Of a stretch of 64,000 bases of DNA, positions 9,752-19,293 are shown piece after piece. Under the pieces are notes generated by a model. It was given only the letters and a program-made list of their open reading frames with translations. It had not been told where the DNA came from and did no database searches. Position 1 is the stretch's first letter. Each line of letters starts with the position of its first letter. This DNA comes from an uncultured delta proteobacterium (lineage in GTDB: Bacteria > Desulfobacterota > Syntrophia > Syntrophales > Fen-1087). Location of the stretch: assembly GCA_963708515.1 (NCBI GenBank), contig CAVPSX010000012.1, positions 409,185-473,184 on the forward strand, written 5' to 3'. Made by a program: the position numbers and the translations under genes.

Positions 9752-9968
9752 GGATAAGCCTCCTTGCAAAAATAATTGATTCAAAAATCAATCGCACCGG
9801 CGCAAGTATTAACAGATTTCTGACCAACGGTCAATAGGATATGATAGGATCATAAAATGATTGACACTCCATGAATTGTATGCAATTTTCCCTGCGCTGT
9901 AATGCCATGAAAATCGCACAGAGAGCCTTTGACTCTCTATGCATCAATACTTATAGCAGGAGGAAACC

Positions 9969-10685
9969 ATGTCCATTCTTGAGTGGAAAAAAGACCAGAC
10001 GGTAGCCGTGATTACAATGACCAACGGGGAGAACCGGCATAATCCCGCCTATACCGCGGCGATTCTCAATGCCTTTGATGAAATTGAAAAAGATGAGACC
10101 ATTTCATCGGTGGTCATCACTTCCAATGATTCGAAAAACTGGTCCCAGGGCATTGACCTGCAGTGGCTGCTGACGGTGTTTAATAACAAGGACTACCGGG
10201 CCATCAAGGACTTCATGTACGGCCTCAACGCCATCTTCAAGCGCATCCTGCTGTATCCCATGCCCGTGATCGCCGCCATCAACGGCCACGCTTTCGGGGA
10301 CGGCGCCATCATGGCCTGCGCCTGTGACTTCCGTTTCATGAAGTCTTCCAAGGGCTTTTTCTGCTTTCCCGAAATCGACATCAGCATCCCGTTCCTGCCG
10401 GGCATGATCTGCCTCGTGAAGAAGGCCTTCCCGTACTACAAGGTGGAAGAGGCGGTCTATATGGGCAAACGTTACGGCGCCAAAGAGCTCGAGGACCATC
10501 ACATCATTGTAAAAGCCTGCGAAGATGATGACGCGCTCATGCGCGAAGCCCTTGCCTATGCCCGGCTCTTCACAAAAAAGAGACCCATTTTCGGCGAAAT
10601 GAAGCGGCGCTACCACAAGCACATCCTCGAAGCCATGGACAAGGAAGACCCCGAGTACATCGAACCGCTGAAGCTGATGATGTAG
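9969..10685 (+). CDS. enoyl-CoA hydratase/isomerase (crotonase) family protein
   Basis: Crotonase fold pattern (VITSND...GIDL, PVIAAINGHAFGDGAIMACACDFRF). AGGAGG RBS. Confidence 0.85.
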   Translation: MSILEWKKDQTVAVITMTNGENRHNPAYTAAILNAFDEIEKDETISSVVITSNDSKNWSQGIDLQWLLTVFNNKDYRAIKDFMYGLNAIFKRILLYPMPVIAAINGHAFGDGAIMACACDFRFMKSSKGFFCFPEIDISIPFLPGMICLVKKAFPYYKVEEAVYMGKRYGAKELEDHHIIVKACEDDDALMREALAYARLFTKKRPIFGEMKRRYHKHILEAMDKEDPEYIEPLKLMM

Positions 10686-10803
10686 GTAGGAAATCAGGGA
10701 CAACACCCCTATTTTTACCACCGGATAATCGCGGCGCCTTCCCTGATTTTCCCGAGGGCATGGTGAATTCACCGGTATTTTTGTCTTCTCTGTTAGGGAA
10801 TCG

Positions 10804-12288
10804 ATGATCAAAGCAAACAGGGACATTCTGCTCTTAATCGCCCTCTTCAGCCTTATCCGGCTGGCGGTGTCCCCCTCTTTCGGCCTCGGCGTCGATGAGG
10901 CCCATTACTTTCTCTACGCCAAATACCTGGACCTCAGTTACGTCGACCACCCGCCGCTGGTCGGCTGGTTTCATGCACCGATCTACTATCTTTTCGGGAC
11001 AAGCGAATTCCTGGTCCGCCTTCCGGCTATTATTCTTTTCGCGCTGACCACTTACCTGCTTTATCAATTCACCGCGGCCCTGTCCGGCTCCAGACAGATT
11101 GCCCTCCTGGCCGCGCTGGCTGTGAACAGCTCCTTTCTGTTCAATGCCCTGAGTTTCATGCTGTTGCCCGATTCCTTCCTGTATCCGCTCATGCTGCTCT
11201 TGATCTTTACGATCAAGAAGATGGAGGAATCCCCGCAATTGAAATATTTTGTCTGTCTCGGTGTGCTCCTGGGATTATCCGGACTGGCCAAATATACCGC
11301 TATTCTTTTTATACCGCCGCTTGCGGCCTATTTCATCATCAAGCGGCGCTATGACCTGCTTGTTTCAAAACAGATGCTCCTGGCGGCGATCATCGCCCTG
11401 ATGCTGGTTTCACCGGTGTTGTACTGGAACCTGCAAAACGATTTTGTCAGCTTCCGCTATCAGACCGGTCATGTCATGGGTTCCGCATCCATCGGTGTGA
11501 AGGCCTTTTTTACATCGCTGGCGGCTCAGTTCGGCAGTTACAGCCCCTTTCTGTTTCTGATCGCTTTTTATGGTTTCTTCAAAAGTTTCCGGGATAAAAA
11601 CGACTGGATCCGGCTTGCGCTTCTTTTCGGAGGCGCCATTCTGATCTTTTTCCTGTACACCTCCCTGCGCGAGACCGCCCTGCCCCACTGGAACAGCCCC
11701 TTCTACCTGTTGTTTATTCCGATCGGCGTGTATTATCTCAGCGGACCTATGCGCAGCGAAGAACCTCGCCCGCAGGTCGCTGTTACCAACACTTTTCGCA
11801 AAAAAAAGATTTTTCTGAATTTCTCCATCTGTTTCAGTCTGATTGTCACGCTGTTGTTATACGCCGAACTGGGAGGAAAATTCTTTCGTTTCCCCGATTA
11901 CCAATCTCCCTTCCGGGATATTTACGGATATGACGCCATGGCCGCGGAGGCGAACAGCATTCTCAACAGAAATCATAGCGCGAAGCAGGCCCTGGCCGTC
12001 ACCAACTGGACGGTCGGCAGTCGCATGACTTACTATGCCTTGCCTTACAAAATGGAGGTATTTGTGATCGACAAGCGTCAGGATCAGTTTGATTTCTGGC
12101 AGAAACAGTCGCCGGCGGGTTACGATCTGCTGTTTGTCAACACGCGCTTCGACCGCGAAGACATCGAAAAGACCTACCGCTGTGATGTCGTTCAGCCCGT
12201 TAAAAACATGGACATTCTGCTCAACGGCGGGAAAGTCAACAGCGTCGATTTTGTCTGGTGCAGAAATTTCCGAGGGGACAGATCATGA
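10804..12288 (+). CDS. ArnT/PMT-like GT-C glycosyltransferase (family 39/83)
   Basis: About 12 predicted TM segments. N-terminal loop GLGVDEAHYFLYAKYLDLSYVDHPP is typical of 4-amino-4-deoxy-L-arabinose/mannosyl transferases. Confidence 0.8.
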   Translation: MIKANRDILLLIALFSLIRLAVSPSFGLGVDEAHYFLYAKYLDLSYVDHPPLVGWFHAPIYYLFGTSEFLVRLPAIILFALTTYLLYQFTAALSGSRQIALLAALAVNSSFLFNALSFMLLPDSFLYPLMLLLIFTIKKMEESPQLKYFVCLGVLLGLSGLAKYTAILFIPPLAAYFIIKRRYDLLVSKQMLLAAIIALMLVSPVLYWNLQNDFVSFRYQTGHVMGSASIGVKAFFTSLAAQFGSYSPFLFLIAFYGFFKSFRDKNDWIRLALLFGGAILIFFLYTSLRETALPHWNSPFYLLFIPIGVYYLSGPMRSEEPRPQVAVTNTFRKKKIFLNFSICFSLIVTLLLYAELGGKFFRFPDYQSPFRDIYGYDAMAAEANSILNRNHSAKQALAVTNWTVGSRMTYYALPYKMEVFVIDKRQDQFDFWQKQSPAGYDLLFVNTRFDREDIEKTYRCDVVQPVKNMDILLNGGKVNSVDFVWCRNFRGDRS

Positions 12289-12941
12289 CGCGCTGCAATC
12301 GTCGTATTGTCGTCGGTTCCGTCCTGCTGATGGTGTCGATGACGATCAGCTATGTCCTGCTCGACCGGCCGTTGAGCCTTTTCTGTCAGGGCCTGAACCC
12401 AGCGGTCATTGAAGTTTTCCAATGGATTACGGAGCTGGGAAAGTCTATCGGGTATCTTGTCGGTTTTGCGGCGCTGTCTGTCTTTTTTAAATTTTTCCGG
12501 CGGCGGCACCTTGCCGCCAGCCGCGCCCTTTTTCTGTTCGCCGCCGTCGCCCTGTCGGGACTGGCCACGGATTTGATCAAACCCCTGGTGGGACGCCTCC
12601 GGCCCAAGCTGCTGTTTGAAGACAATCTCTACAGCTTCGATCCTTTCCGGATCGGCTATGAATACAATTCGTTCCCATCCGGCCATGCCACCACGGTTTT
12701 CGCCCTGGCGGCTGCGCTGACGCTCTTTTTCCCGCGCTGGCGGCTGCCGCTCGCGGGCTTTGCCGTTGTTGTGGGTTTGAGCCGGATCATCGTCGGTGCG
12801 CATTATCTGAGCGATGTCATGGCGGGCGCTTATGTGGGCATCATGACGGTTTTTCTCCTGGTTCTGCTTTGCCGCCGTCGCGGGTGGATGGATTTCCCGG
12901 GGGATTCGGATGTGGAAAGTGCCTGTCTGAAACAGGCTTGA
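12285..12941 (+). CDS. PAP2-family lipid phosphatase
   Basis: Tripartite motif KPLVGRLRP / PSGH / SRIIVGAHYLSD. The ATG overlaps the upstream stop (ATGA). Confidence 0.85.
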   Translation: MTRCNRRIVVGSVLLMVSMTISYVLLDRPLSLFCQGLNPAVIEVFQWITELGKSIGYLVGFAALSVFFKFFRRRHLAASRALFLFAAVALSGLATDLIKPLVGRLRPKLLFEDNLYSFDPFRIGYEYNSFPSGHATTVFALAAALTLFFPRWRLPLAGFAVVVGLSRIIVGAHYLSDVMAGAYVGIMTVFLLVLLCRRRGWMDFPGDSDVESACLKQA

Positions 12942-13002
12942 CAGGCGTCCCCTGTGAATCCCGCATCTCGTTCGAAGTATCCGGAACACAACAGAGTTGA
13001 TG

Positions 13003-13488
13003 TCAACGATTATCATATCTCAAATATGTGCCGATGTCCGGCGTGATGACTACAACCGTGTAGTCGTCTTTCATCATAAGAGATGTGGTAGCTGCGAGGA
13101 TGGAATACCAGACTCCGATCTGCTTACCTTTATCATCGAATACTGCGAATCCATGTAGAGCCAATCGTATGTCAACAGACCTTACCTTGTTCTGCATGTC
13201 TATGACAAGTTCACGGAGTTTCTGGGGTGTCATATCGACCTGCTTCCACAGGTCGGACTCAAGTATATAGGCTTTATCCAATCCCATAATCGCATTGGGA
13301 TGGACGTCTGATCCACTGATATAATAATTGTAACTGGGGTTGACTTGATATGATTCAAAAGTTTTTGACGCATGCCTGTCGAGTGATATTTTACCGTAAT
13401 TTTTAGTGAGGGAACTTTTACACGCCACTGATGATAATACTATCAAAGTGCATATGATATAAAAGGCTGGTCTCCAGTGCTTTTTCAT
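13003..13488 (-). CDS. hypothetical lipoprotein
   Basis: Signal peptide with lipobox (LIVLSSVAC), AAGGAG RBS, and a gene visibly AT-richer than its neighbours. No domain recognised. Confidence 0.55.
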   Translation of the reverse strand: MKKHWRPAFYIICTLIVLSSVACKSSLTKNYGKISLDRHASKTFESYQVNPSYNYYISGSDVHPNAIMGLDKAYILESDLWKQVDMTPQKLRELVIDMQNKVRSVDIRLALHGFAVFDDKGKQIGVWYSILAATTSLMMKDDYTVVVITPDIGTYLRYDNR

Positions 13489-13557
13489 TTCTCTCTCTCC
13501 TTTCAAAAACATTTATTTCTCTAATCAGAACTCCCTTCCGGAATTTAAAAGTATGAA

Positions 13558-14472
13558 TCACCCCTTCTGGTGCTTGATAAATGTTCCATTGCGATACTCC
13601 TCGAAGGCGATCTCCAGTTCTTGTTGCGTGTTCATGACGACCGGACCGTACCACGCGACTGGTTCACCGACGGGTTTTCCGGAGATGAGGAGAAACCGGA
13701 CAGGTTCATCCTCGGTAAACACGACGATCTGTCCTCCCTCATCGAACAGAATAAGCGTCTCGTTTGCAGCAAAGGGATTTCTTTCGAAGTCGAGGTAGTT
13801 AATGCCTTCGACCTCGTATGCATAGGGGTTTTTCTCTCGGCAGAATCTTGCCTTACCTTCAATAATATATGCGAAGACGGTGTGCCATGATTTGGTTGAA
13901 TGAATAAACTCTGTTTTTGCAGGGACCCTTATATCAAGATATTCCGGATCGGTGACAATGTCCCGGACAGGGCCCTGTTCCCCATCAACTTCGCCGCAAA
14001 TGATCCGGATCGTTACGCCGTTGCCCCGAGAGATTAACGGGATCTCATTGCTTTTCACTTCGCGATAGCGAGGGTGCATCATCTTATGGGAGGCCGGGAG
14101 ATTGGCCCACAACTGGAATCCCCCCATGCGTCCTGTCTTGTCTCCCTTGGGCATCTCCTGATGGATGATGCCGCTGCCGGCTGTCATCCACTGTACATCC
14201 CCGGATCCGATCACGCCTTTGTTTTTCATGCTGTCCCCGTGCTCAACACTTCCATGAAGAACATACGTGATGGTCTCGATTCCGCGATGCGGATGCCAGG
14301 GGAAACCCTTGATGTAATGCCGGGGATCGTTTGAACGAAAATCATCGAGCAGGAGAAAAGGGTCGAATAGTGGCGCCTGGTCGTTGCTGAAAGCCCGTTT
14401 CAGATGTACTCCGGCGCCTTCAATGGTGGGTCTGCTCTTGATGACCTTACGGATGTTCCTGATCTTTTCCAT
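13558..14472 (-). CDS. pirin family protein
   Basis: Bicupin with the metal motif WHPHRGIETITYVL...HGD and the length typical of pirins. Confidence 0.9.
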   Translation of the reverse strand: MEKIRNIRKVIKSRPTIEGAGVHLKRAFSNDQAPLFDPFLLLDDFRSNDPRHYIKGFPWHPHRGIETITYVLHGSVEHGDSMKNKGVIGSGDVQWMTAGSGIIHQEMPKGDKTGRMGGFQLWANLPASHKMMHPRYREVKSNEIPLISRGNGVTIRIICGEVDGEQGPVRDIVTDPEYLDIRVPAKTEFIHSTKSWHTVFAYIIEGKARFCREKNPYAYEVEGINYLDFERNPFAANETLILFDEGGQIVVFTEDEPVRFLLISGKPVGEPVAWYGPVVMNTQQELEIAFEEYRNGTFIKHQKG

Positions 14473-14575
14473 TTTGGTTCCCCTTGATTCCTTTCCCAGC
14501 CATGTCCTTTCTGGGGCAACCAGTTGTCATGTTTCGTTCCTCTTTGATTCGTGATAAATAATATCTTATGAACCT

Positions 14576-15520
14576 TTAGAAATCCCTCAGCCGTTGAACG
14601 GCTTGGTAATACTGTGAGACGATCTCGCGGACGACATCGCCGGCGGGTTTGATCTCTTTCAGCGCGCCCACGGCCTGACCGATCTGGATTTCGCCGTCCT
14701 TCAGGTCGCCGTCAAACATGCCGAGCTTTGTCCGCTGTTCGCCGACGAGATGCAGCAGTTCTTCCTCTGAGGCCCCTCTCGCTTCCGCCGCAAGAATCGT
14801 TTTGGCCCAGTTGTTGACGATCACGCGGGCCGGGATGAGCTTGCGCAGAATGAGAAACGTATCGGTCGGCGATGCGTTCAACATGGACCGTTTGAAATTG
14901 TCATGGGCGCTGGACTCCACGGTGGCAGCAAAGCGCGTTCCGATCTGAACCCCTTCCGCGCCCAGCGACAGCGCCGCCGCCATGCCGCGTCCGTCGTAGA
15001 TGCCGCCGGCCGCAATCACAGGAATCTTCACGGCATCGACGGCCTGGGGGACGAGCACCATGGTCGTCAGCTCTTCGCGGCCATTATGACCGCCGGCTTC
15101 GAAACCTTCCACGACCACGGCGTCAACGCCCGCCTCCTCGCACTTCACGGCCAGCATTGGCGAGGCGGTCACGTGCACAACGGTCATGCCTGCATCCTTG
15201 AAACGGCCGGTGAATTTCTTCGGGCTGCCGCCGGAGGTGAAAACGATCCGGATCCTCTCCTCCTGGACGACTGTGGCCATCTCATCGGCAAATTTGAAGA
15301 AAATGGGAAAATTGACACCCCAGGGTTTATCGGGGCAGGCTGCCTTCGCCTTCCGGATATGCTCGCGCAACAACTCCGGCGTCATGGAACCGGCGCCGAT
15401 GAGCCCCAGCGCCCCGGCCTTTGCCGCCGCTACAGCCAACTTCCAACCGCTGACCCAGACCATGCCGGCCTGGATGATCGGATAGTCGATATTGAACAGT
15501 TTGGTAATTCTCGTTTTCAT
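14576..15520 (-). CDS. FMN-dependent NAD(P)H oxidoreductase (nitronate monooxygenase/FabK-like)
   Basis: NIDYPIIQAGMVWVSG N-terminal motif and the GAGS/AAGGI pattern. ATG at 15520 avoids overlap with the upstream gene. Confidence 0.85.
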   Translation of the reverse strand: MKTRITKLFNIDYPIIQAGMVWVSGWKLAVAAAKAGALGLIGAGSMTPELLREHIRKAKAACPDKPWGVNFPIFFKFADEMATVVQEERIRIVFTSGGSPKKFTGRFKDAGMTVVHVTASPMLAVKCEEAGVDAVVVEGFEAGGHNGREELTTMVLVPQAVDAVKIPVIAAGGIYDGRGMAAALSLGAEGVQIGTRFAATVESSAHDNFKRSMLNASPTDTFLILRKLIPARVIVNNWAKTILAAEARGASEEELLHLVGEQRTKLGMFDGDLKDGEIQIGQAVGALKEIKPAGDVVREIVSQYYQAVQRLRDF

Positions 15521-15524
15521 GGCA

Positions 15525-16976
15525 TCAACCCTTGATCCCGGCAAGCTTTTTCGCCAGTTGCTTTTTGTGTTCGAGATTGCCCTGGCGGGAGATCATGATG
15601 CGTTGCGCCTGCGGGGAGCCGGCGCCGTGCATCGATTCGGTGCGGTATCCGACCGCCGCAGTTCCGAGTGTGATGTTTTCGATCAGGCGCAGAATGCGAC
15701 AACGATCCTCCGTCGGCGCCGATGCAACGCCCCGCAGATATTTTTCCACCCATTTGCCGATCTCCGGGTGGCGCAGATCCTTTTCCGAGGGCATCGTAAC
15801 GAGTATTCCCCCGGCAATATCCTCGGCAAGCCGCGCAATTTCATAGGGAAAACGCGTCACATTCTGTTTGCAGACATTGGCCAGCAGCAGATCGATGAGG
15901 TAATTCCCCGAGGCTGTCGGGCGCCCCTGCGACGAGCAGGCAATCCCGCAGGCGTAAAGCGTCTCGTTGAGGTGCATCATCTCAATGAGTTTGTCCTTGA
16001 TGTGGGACGCCTTGGCTGCGCCGTTGTAATCGGCCGCCAGCGCCGCTGCGCCGATGAGCACATCGCCAACGCCGACTTTGCAGCCGCCGTAGCTCTGACG
16101 GTGATACCCGGCGAAGCGTTCCACGAGTGCGCCACTGAATTCGGCTTCGCCGCACATGAACACATTCTCCCAGGGCACGAACAGATTGTCGAAAATCATC
16201 AGGGCCTCATGGCCGCCGAAATTTTTGTTGCCCACGTCGATCTCGCCGCCTTCGAGTTTCCGCGTATCGCAGGACTGGCGGCCGTAGATATAAAAGACGC
16301 CCTTGGCATCAGCCGGCGCCGCGAAGCAAAGGGCGTAATCGCTATCCTCTTTGGTCATCGTGATCGTCGGCATGACGAGAATCCAGTGGGAATTGATCGC
16401 CCCTGTCTGATGGGCCTTGGCGCCGCGAACGACAATGCCGTCCTTCTTTTTCTCCACCACGCGTGTGTAGAGGTCCGGATCGGCCTGTTTGGCGGGCGAC
16501 AGATAGCGGTCGCCTTTCGGATCGGTCATGGCGCCGTCCACCGTGAGGTCATCCTCCTGCATCATGAGCAGAAACTTCGTAAACCGCTCATAATAGTGCG
16601 TCCCGAGTTTCTGATCCATTTCAAAGGTCACACTGTCCACGGCATTGATCGCATCCATCCCGACGCATCGCTGAAAGCAGGCGCCCGTTTTCTGTCCCAT
16701 GAGCCGTTGCATCTTGACTTTCCGGATCAGGTCTTCCGTACTCCGGTGGAGGTGGCAGAACCGGTTTATTTTTTGCCCGGTCAGGTGGGATGTCGCCGTC
16801 ATGAGGTTCTCGTGCTCGATGTTCTGCGCCAGCGCATAGGTCATCTTGACCGAATTCATGGAGGGTCTGATGATGGGATGGTCCACGGGATTTTCCACCC
16901 GCTCGCCCAGCAGGTAGACCTGAAGTTTCAGCTTGCGGAGACTTTCTTCATATTGTCCGGGTGTTTTCAACGGCAT
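15525..16976 (-). CDS. abfD: 4-hydroxybutyryl-CoA dehydratase/vinylacetyl-CoA isomerase family
   Basis: N-terminus TPGQYEESLRKLKLQVYLLGERVENPVDHPIIRPSMNSVKMTYALAQ closely follows the AbfD/HpaB-family N-terminus. 483 aa. Confidence 0.85.
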   Translation of the reverse strand: MPLKTPGQYEESLRKLKLQVYLLGERVENPVDHPIIRPSMNSVKMTYALAQNIEHENLMTATSHLTGQKINRFCHLHRSTEDLIRKVKMQRLMGQKTGACFQRCVGMDAINAVDSVTFEMDQKLGTHYYERFTKFLLMMQEDDLTVDGAMTDPKGDRYLSPAKQADPDLYTRVVEKKKDGIVVRGAKAHQTGAINSHWILVMPTITMTKEDSDYALCFAAPADAKGVFYIYGRQSCDTRKLEGGEIDVGNKNFGGHEALMIFDNLFVPWENVFMCGEAEFSGALVERFAGYHRQSYGGCKVGVGDVLIGAAALAADYNGAAKASHIKDKLIEMMHLNETLYACGIACSSQGRPTASGNYLIDLLLANVCKQNVTRFPYEIARLAEDIAGGILVTMPSEKDLRHPEIGKWVEKYLRGVASAPTEDRCRILRLIENITLGTAAVGYRTESMHGAGSPQAQRIMISRQGNLEHKKQLAKKLAGIKG

Positions 16977-17076
16977 GATCGTATTTCTCCTTCAACTTAC
17001 AATATCACTGTCTCTGTTCAGGGGTTGCTTGCAAAGCTCACCTGATTACAACCACTCACAACTCCCTCTATTGGCC

Positions 17077-18090
17077 TTACGTGATGCGGATGTGGCTTTG
17101 CGGCCGGATTTCCTCCAGAATCAGAGCGCCGGCCGGGCACTTAATGACGCAGTTGCCGCAGCCGTAGCATTTCTCCGGATCGATCAGGGCAACGCCGTTC
17201 ATCGCGATGGCATGGAACTGACAGCGATCTTCACAGATGCCGCAGCCCGTGCAGAGATCCGCGTCCAGCTTGACCCGGAAACGCGACGGCGCATAGGATG
17301 CCGCATACCCCGCCTGGTTGATCATAAACAGTCCCGTGCAACAGCATGCACAGCAGTTGCACATGAACATGTCCTTTTTCCAGTTGTTGCGGATCAGATG
17401 GACCAGTCCCGCATCCTCTGCTTCACCGAGACGCTTCAATGCCTCCTCGTTCGTCAGACGCTCCCCCAGGCCGCGGTCGAGAATCGCCGCACCGAACTGG
17501 CCGATCTGCATACACATGGCTGTGGGCGGCGCCGGACAATTCTTGCCTTTGCCCACCTTGCGAGCCTGCATCCGGCAGGGACAGGGAATCGCCGTAATCA
17601 GCTCCGCGTCCTTGAACATTTTTCGTGCGGAGTCGATATCCAGGACCTGCCCCCTGGATTCGACGCTTCGCTCGATGGGAATGACGCGCATCATGGGAGG
17701 CGGATTCAGGGCTTTCAACAACGAAACCAGCGCGGGCATTTCTTCATGAATCAACTTGTCCCAGAGCACGAAAAGCTCCAGCGGGGCGTCGGGATCCATG
17801 ATGGAGGAATCTCTCAGTTCGATCATGGCGGGAAAAAGCCTGTAATGATCAGGCTTCGCCAAGATTCCGTTAATGGCGCCCCGCTCTTTCAACTTCTCCA
17901 CCAAGTCCCGGACCCTCTCCGGCGGCAATCCTGTCCGGTCCGACAGCTCCTGCAGAGATCCCGGCAGGGCCTGAACCAGCCGGATGCTTTCGTCGTCGTC
18001 AAACAGAATGGAAAATACGCCCCCCAGGGTTTCGGACTCCGGAAACCCGAGCCGCATGGCGTAAGGCTTGAGTTCTTCACGAATCGGCAT
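17077..18090 (-). CDS. iron-sulfur protein with C-terminal 2x[4Fe-4S] ferredoxin domain
   Basis: CTGCGICEDRC and CYGCGNCVIKCP motifs plus a Cys-rich CNCCACCC segment. The N-terminal region looks like a winged helix. Confidence 0.7.
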   Translation of the reverse strand: MPIREELKPYAMRLGFPESETLGGVFSILFDDDESIRLVQALPGSLQELSDRTGLPPERVRDLVEKLKERGAINGILAKPDHYRLFPAMIELRDSSIMDPDAPLELFVLWDKLIHEEMPALVSLLKALNPPPMMRVIPIERSVESRGQVLDIDSARKMFKDAELITAIPCPCRMQARKVGKGKNCPAPPTAMCMQIGQFGAAILDRGLGERLTNEEALKRLGEAEDAGLVHLIRNNWKKDMFMCNCCACCCTGLFMINQAGYAASYAPSRFRVKLDADLCTGCGICEDRCQFHAIAMNGVALIDPEKCYGCGNCVIKCPAGALILEEIRPQSHIRIT

Positions 18091-18156
18091 TTATTTCATG
18101 TCCTTTCGGCGTTTCATTTTACATTGAGTATGATACCTTGCACCCCATCAAAGTCA

Positions 18157-18184
18157 AGTGCTATCATTTGAGTGCTATCATTTG
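18157..18184. repeat. perfect 14-bp tandem duplication AGTGCTATCATTTG x2
   Basis: Read directly from the sequence. It lies in the divergent intergenic region between the Fe-S gene and the Tim44-like gene. Confidence 0.9.
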
Positions 18185-18200
18185 AGTAACGAAAAACAAG

Positions 18201-18229
18201 TTGACAATGGCACGGCCTGTCAATACAAT
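18201..18229 (+). promoter_or_regulatory. sigma-70-type promoter TTGACA-N17-TACAAT
   Basis: Exact -35 (18201-18206) and near-consensus -10 (18224-18229), about 30 nt upstream of the Tim44-like start. The -35 is part of the inverted repeat TTGACA-N11-TGTCAA. Confidence 0.6.
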
Positions 18230-18260
18230 AACATGCAAAATACAAAACCAGGGAGGACAT

Positions 18261-19230
18261 ATGTTTTCAAGCAAGTGCATCAAATACGGGCTGATGTTTT
18301 TCAGCCTGTTCTTCTTTCTGACCTACGTCCTGGAACTTGACGCCTATGCCCGGGCGGGCGGAGGCCGGTCTTCCGGCAGCCGCGGATCGCGGTCCTACTC
18401 GGCCCCCAAGTCTCCATCCGCCACGCCGGCCAGTCCATCCAAACAGGTGGCGCCGGCGCCTTCCGCACCGATTATGCAGCCGCAGGGCGGCGGTTTCATG
18501 CGGAGCCTGGCCGGTGGTCTCGTTGGAGGCATGATCGGCGGGATGCTGTTCCGGAGCCTGGGATTCGGAGGCGGTGAAGGCGGCATGGGGGGCAGTGGGA
18601 TCGGTCTGTTCGAAATCGCCCTGATCGCCCTGCTTCTTTACGGGATATGGTGGTACATTAAAAAAAGGCGGCGGGAAGCGGAAGCGCCGGCAGGCGCCGC
18701 CTATTACCGGGACGCGTCGGCGGGGTCCCAACAAGGGCCCGCCTATGTACCGTCTTATGGACAGCAGGCGCAGGGATCGGACATTGACACCGGACTCGGC
18801 CACATCCGGCAGATGGATCCTGCGTTTGACGAACAAAGATTCAAGGATCAGTGTATGGACAATTTCTTCACGGTGCAGGGGGCCTGGGCAAATCGCGACC
18901 TGTCTACCATCCGCAACCTGCTGACAGACGAGATGTACGGCATCCTCCAGGGCGACGCTGACGAACTCAAAAAGAAGAAACGGATCAACCGTCTTGAGAA
19001 CATCGCCGTGAGGAGCGTTGAGCCGATCCGAGGCCTGGCAGGAAGGGGGCAATGATTTCATCACGGTTCGTTTCTACGCGAACCTGCTGGATTACACGAT
19101 TGACGAGACGTCCGGCGAAGTGGTTTCAGGCAGCAAGACCGGCTCTGTCAAATTCGAGGAGTTCTGGACATTTACACGCCCGGTGGGTAACAACCCCTGG
19201 CAGCTTTCGGCCATCAACCAGGCGTCGTAA
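18261..19230 (+). pseudogene. Tim44-like domain membrane protein, interrupted by a +1 frameshift near 19027
   Basis: Signal/TM region and a Gly-rich segment, then a Tim44-like domain. It begins in frame 0 (...RINRLENIAVRSVEP) and continues without a gap in frame +1 (..EAWQEGGNDFITVRFYANLLDY...WQLSAINQAS). Confidence 0.75.
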
Positions 19231-19251
19231 GAATTTTTTATCCCGAAATTT

Positions 19252-19282
19252 CATTCCTCCCTCCGTCACGGGGGGAGGAATG
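19252..19282. terminator. hairpin between convergent genes (possible bidirectional terminator)
   Basis: CATTCCTCCC-N11-GGGAGGAATG, a 10-bp perfect stem. The flanking T/A tracts are weak. Confidence 0.5.
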
Positions 19283-19293
19283 TTTCAGCCTTT

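Noticed and set aside
9862-9956. Promoter-like hexamers upstream of the crotonase gene (TTGACA at ~9862; TTGACT-N17-TATAGC at ~9928-9956)
   Set aside because: The first has no acceptable -10 at 16-18 nt. The second would place the transcription start inside the RBS. Neither is convincing.
15492-18171. Two long + strand ORFs (15492..17045 and 16933..18171)
   Set aside because: They are antisense to the AbfD homologue and the Fe-S protein. They have no domains and an Arg/His-rich composition.
18207-18223. TGGCACGG, resembling a sigma-54 -24 box
   Set aside because: There is no TTGC at the required spacing. The sequence is better explained as the spacer of a consensus sigma-70 promoter.
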